From: Eledone cirrhosa
Taxonomy: Eukaryota
NCBI GenBank assembly: GCA_964016885.1
Contig: OZ024741.1
Location: forward strand, 232,252,001 to 232,316,000
Direction: 5' to 3'
Length of the DNA stretch: 64,000 nt
Position numbers and translations under genes: made by a program. Shown in pieces: positions 62,601 to 64,000 of the stretch (position 1 is its first letter; every line of letters begins with the position of its first letter). The notes beneath the pieces were generated by a model. That model searched no databases. It had not been told where the DNA came from and saw only the letters and a program-made list of their open reading frames with translations.

Positions 62601-62930
62601 TTCTCTGGATAGTATCATACCTTATCAGTTGGATATTCTCTGTATAGTATCATACCTTATCAGTTAGATATTCTCTGGATAGTATCATACCTTATCAGTT
62701 AGATATTGTCTGGATAGTATCATACCTTATATGTTGGATATTCTCTGGATAGTATCATACCTTATCAGTTAAGATATTCTCTGGATAGTATCATACATTA
62801 TCAGTTGGACATTTTCAGGATAGTATCATACCTTATCAGTTAGATATTCTCTGGATAGTATCATACCTTATCAGTTGGATATTCTCTGGATAGTATCATA
62901 CATTATCAGTTGGATATTCTCTGGATAGTA
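59640..62930 (+). repeat. Tandem duplication of 47 monomers + 1 bp (1646 bp)
   Basis: GGATC 59736/61382, TCTGT 60291/61937, GGAGAG 60401/62047, GTACC 60651/62297 and the AGTTAAGATA +1 insertion at ~61125/62771 all sit at +1646. Confidence 0.92.
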
Positions 62931-64000
62931 TCATACCTTATCAGTTGGATATTCTCTGTATAGTATCATACCTTATCAGTTAGATATTCTCTGGATAGTA
63001 TCATACCTTATCAGTTAGATATTCTCTGGATAGTATCATACCTTATCAGTTGGATATTCTCTGGATAGTATCATACCTTATCAGTTGGATATTCTCTGGA
63101 TAGTATCATACCTTATCAGTTGGATATTCTCTGGATAGTATCATACCTTATCAGTTGGATATTCTCTGAATAGTATCATACCTTATCAGTTAGATATTCT
63201 CTGGATAGTATCATACCTTATCAGTTAGATATTCTCTGTATAGTATCATACCTTATCAGTTAGATATTCTCTGGATAGTATCATGCCTTATCAGTTAGAT
63301 ATTCTCTGTATAGTATCATACCTTATCAGTTAGATATTCTCTGGATAGTATCATACTTTATAAGTTGGATATTCTCTGTATAGTATCATACCTTATCAAT
63401 TGGATATTCTCTGTATAGTATCATGCCTTATCAGTTGGACATTTTCTGGATAGTACCATACCTTATCAGTTGGATATTCTCTGTATAGTATCATACCTTA
63501 TCAATTGGATATTCTCTGTATAGTATCATACCTTATCAATTGGATATTCTCTGTATAGTATCATGCCTTATCGGTTGGACATTTTCTGGATAGTATCATG
63601 CCTTATCAGTTGGATATTCTCTGTATAGTATCATACCTCATCAGTTGGATATTCTCTGTATAGTATCATACCTTATCAATTGGATATTCGCTGTATAGTA
63701 TCATGCCTTATCAGTTGGACATTTTCTGGATAGTATCATACCTTATCAGTTCGATATTCTCTGTATAGTATCATACCTTATCAGTTAGATATTCTCTGGA
63801 TAGTATCATACCTTATCAGTTGGATATTCTCTGTATAGTATCATAACTTATCAGTTAGATATTCTCTGGATAGTATCATACCTTATCAGTTAGATATTCT
63901 CTGGATAGTATCATACCTTATCAGTTGGATGTTCTCTGGATAGTATCATACCTTATCAGTTTGATATTCTCTGGATAGTATCATACCTTATCAGTTGGAT

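Larger units (their letters stand above)
1..64000 (+). repeat. 35-bp tandem satellite array, ~1828 monomers, consensus ATACCTTATCAGTTRGATATTCTCTGKATAGTATC
   Basis: ATACC recurs at 1, 36, 71 and so on, and is still in register at 60901 (=1+1740x35). There are two common dimorphic sites (monomer position 15 G/A, position 27 G/T) and many rarer variants. No spacers, inversions or non-repeat sequence were seen. Confidence 0.99.

Noticed and set aside
1-64000. CRISPR array (35-bp, partly palindromic repeat)
   Set aside because: The repeats abut directly, with no unique spacers, leader or cas genes.
1-64000. Giant repetitive protein-coding ORF
   Set aside because: The period of 35 is not a multiple of 3, so frames rotate. 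The + strand has TAG (positions 29-31) in nearly every monomer. The - strand has TGATAA plus a junction TGA. All six frames therefore stop about every 105 bp or sooner under the standard code.
1-64000. Telomeric repeat or G-quadruplex array
   Set aside because: There are no G-runs longer than 2 in the consensus and no G/C strand skew (6 G, 6 C). The ordered variants with kb-scale duplications fit recombination rather than telomerase synthesis, although a subtelomeric location cannot be excluded.
1-64000. Two-bit 'code' in the dimorphic sites 15 (G/A) and 27 (G/T)
   Set aside because: All four combinations occur and their order follows the duplication history. There is no evidence of a readout mechanism.
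1-64000. Rolling-circle or sequencing concatemer, or a synthetic construct
   Set aside because: Variants are shared hierarchically across copies at many different periods and indels are nearly absent, unlike random read error on a single template. Individual block duplications could still be assembly errors.
1-64000. Plasmid iterons, bacterial promoters or terminators (TATAGT/TATAAT-like hexamers, hairpins)
   Set aside because: These are chance matches in an AT-rich monomer. There are no adjacent genes, and the scale far exceeds iteron arrays.
1-64000. Assignment to a named satellite family or organism
   Set aside because: I do not recognise the consensus with confidence. A Dfam/Repbase/BLAST search is required.

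Overview
The whole 64 kb window is one uninterrupted, head-to-tail satellite array of a 35-bp monomer, consensus ATACCTTATCAGTTRGATATTCTCTGKATAGTATC (about 34% GC, no CpG, about 1828 copies). All copies face the same way, and the array runs off both window edges. I found no genes, RNA genes, mobile elements, CRISPR spacers or unique sequence, and all six frames are closed by recurrent stops. The information lies in the order of variant monomers. Diagnostic substitutions reveal nested higher-order repeats (a 4-mer of 140 bp, plus blocks of 40, 47, 65-91, 66-70, 72-78, 108-109, 137-139 and 171-172 monomers), regional variant zones, and length changes almost only in whole monomers. The monomer itself has dyad symmetry, an internal ~11-12 bp substructure and a canonical GATA-factor site. 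This resembles eukaryotic (peri)centromeric or other heterochromatic satellite DNA, but neither the organism nor the function can be determined from the sequence. All offsets were read by eye from marker positions, so block boundaries are approximate. I found no evidence for a new protein-coding system.
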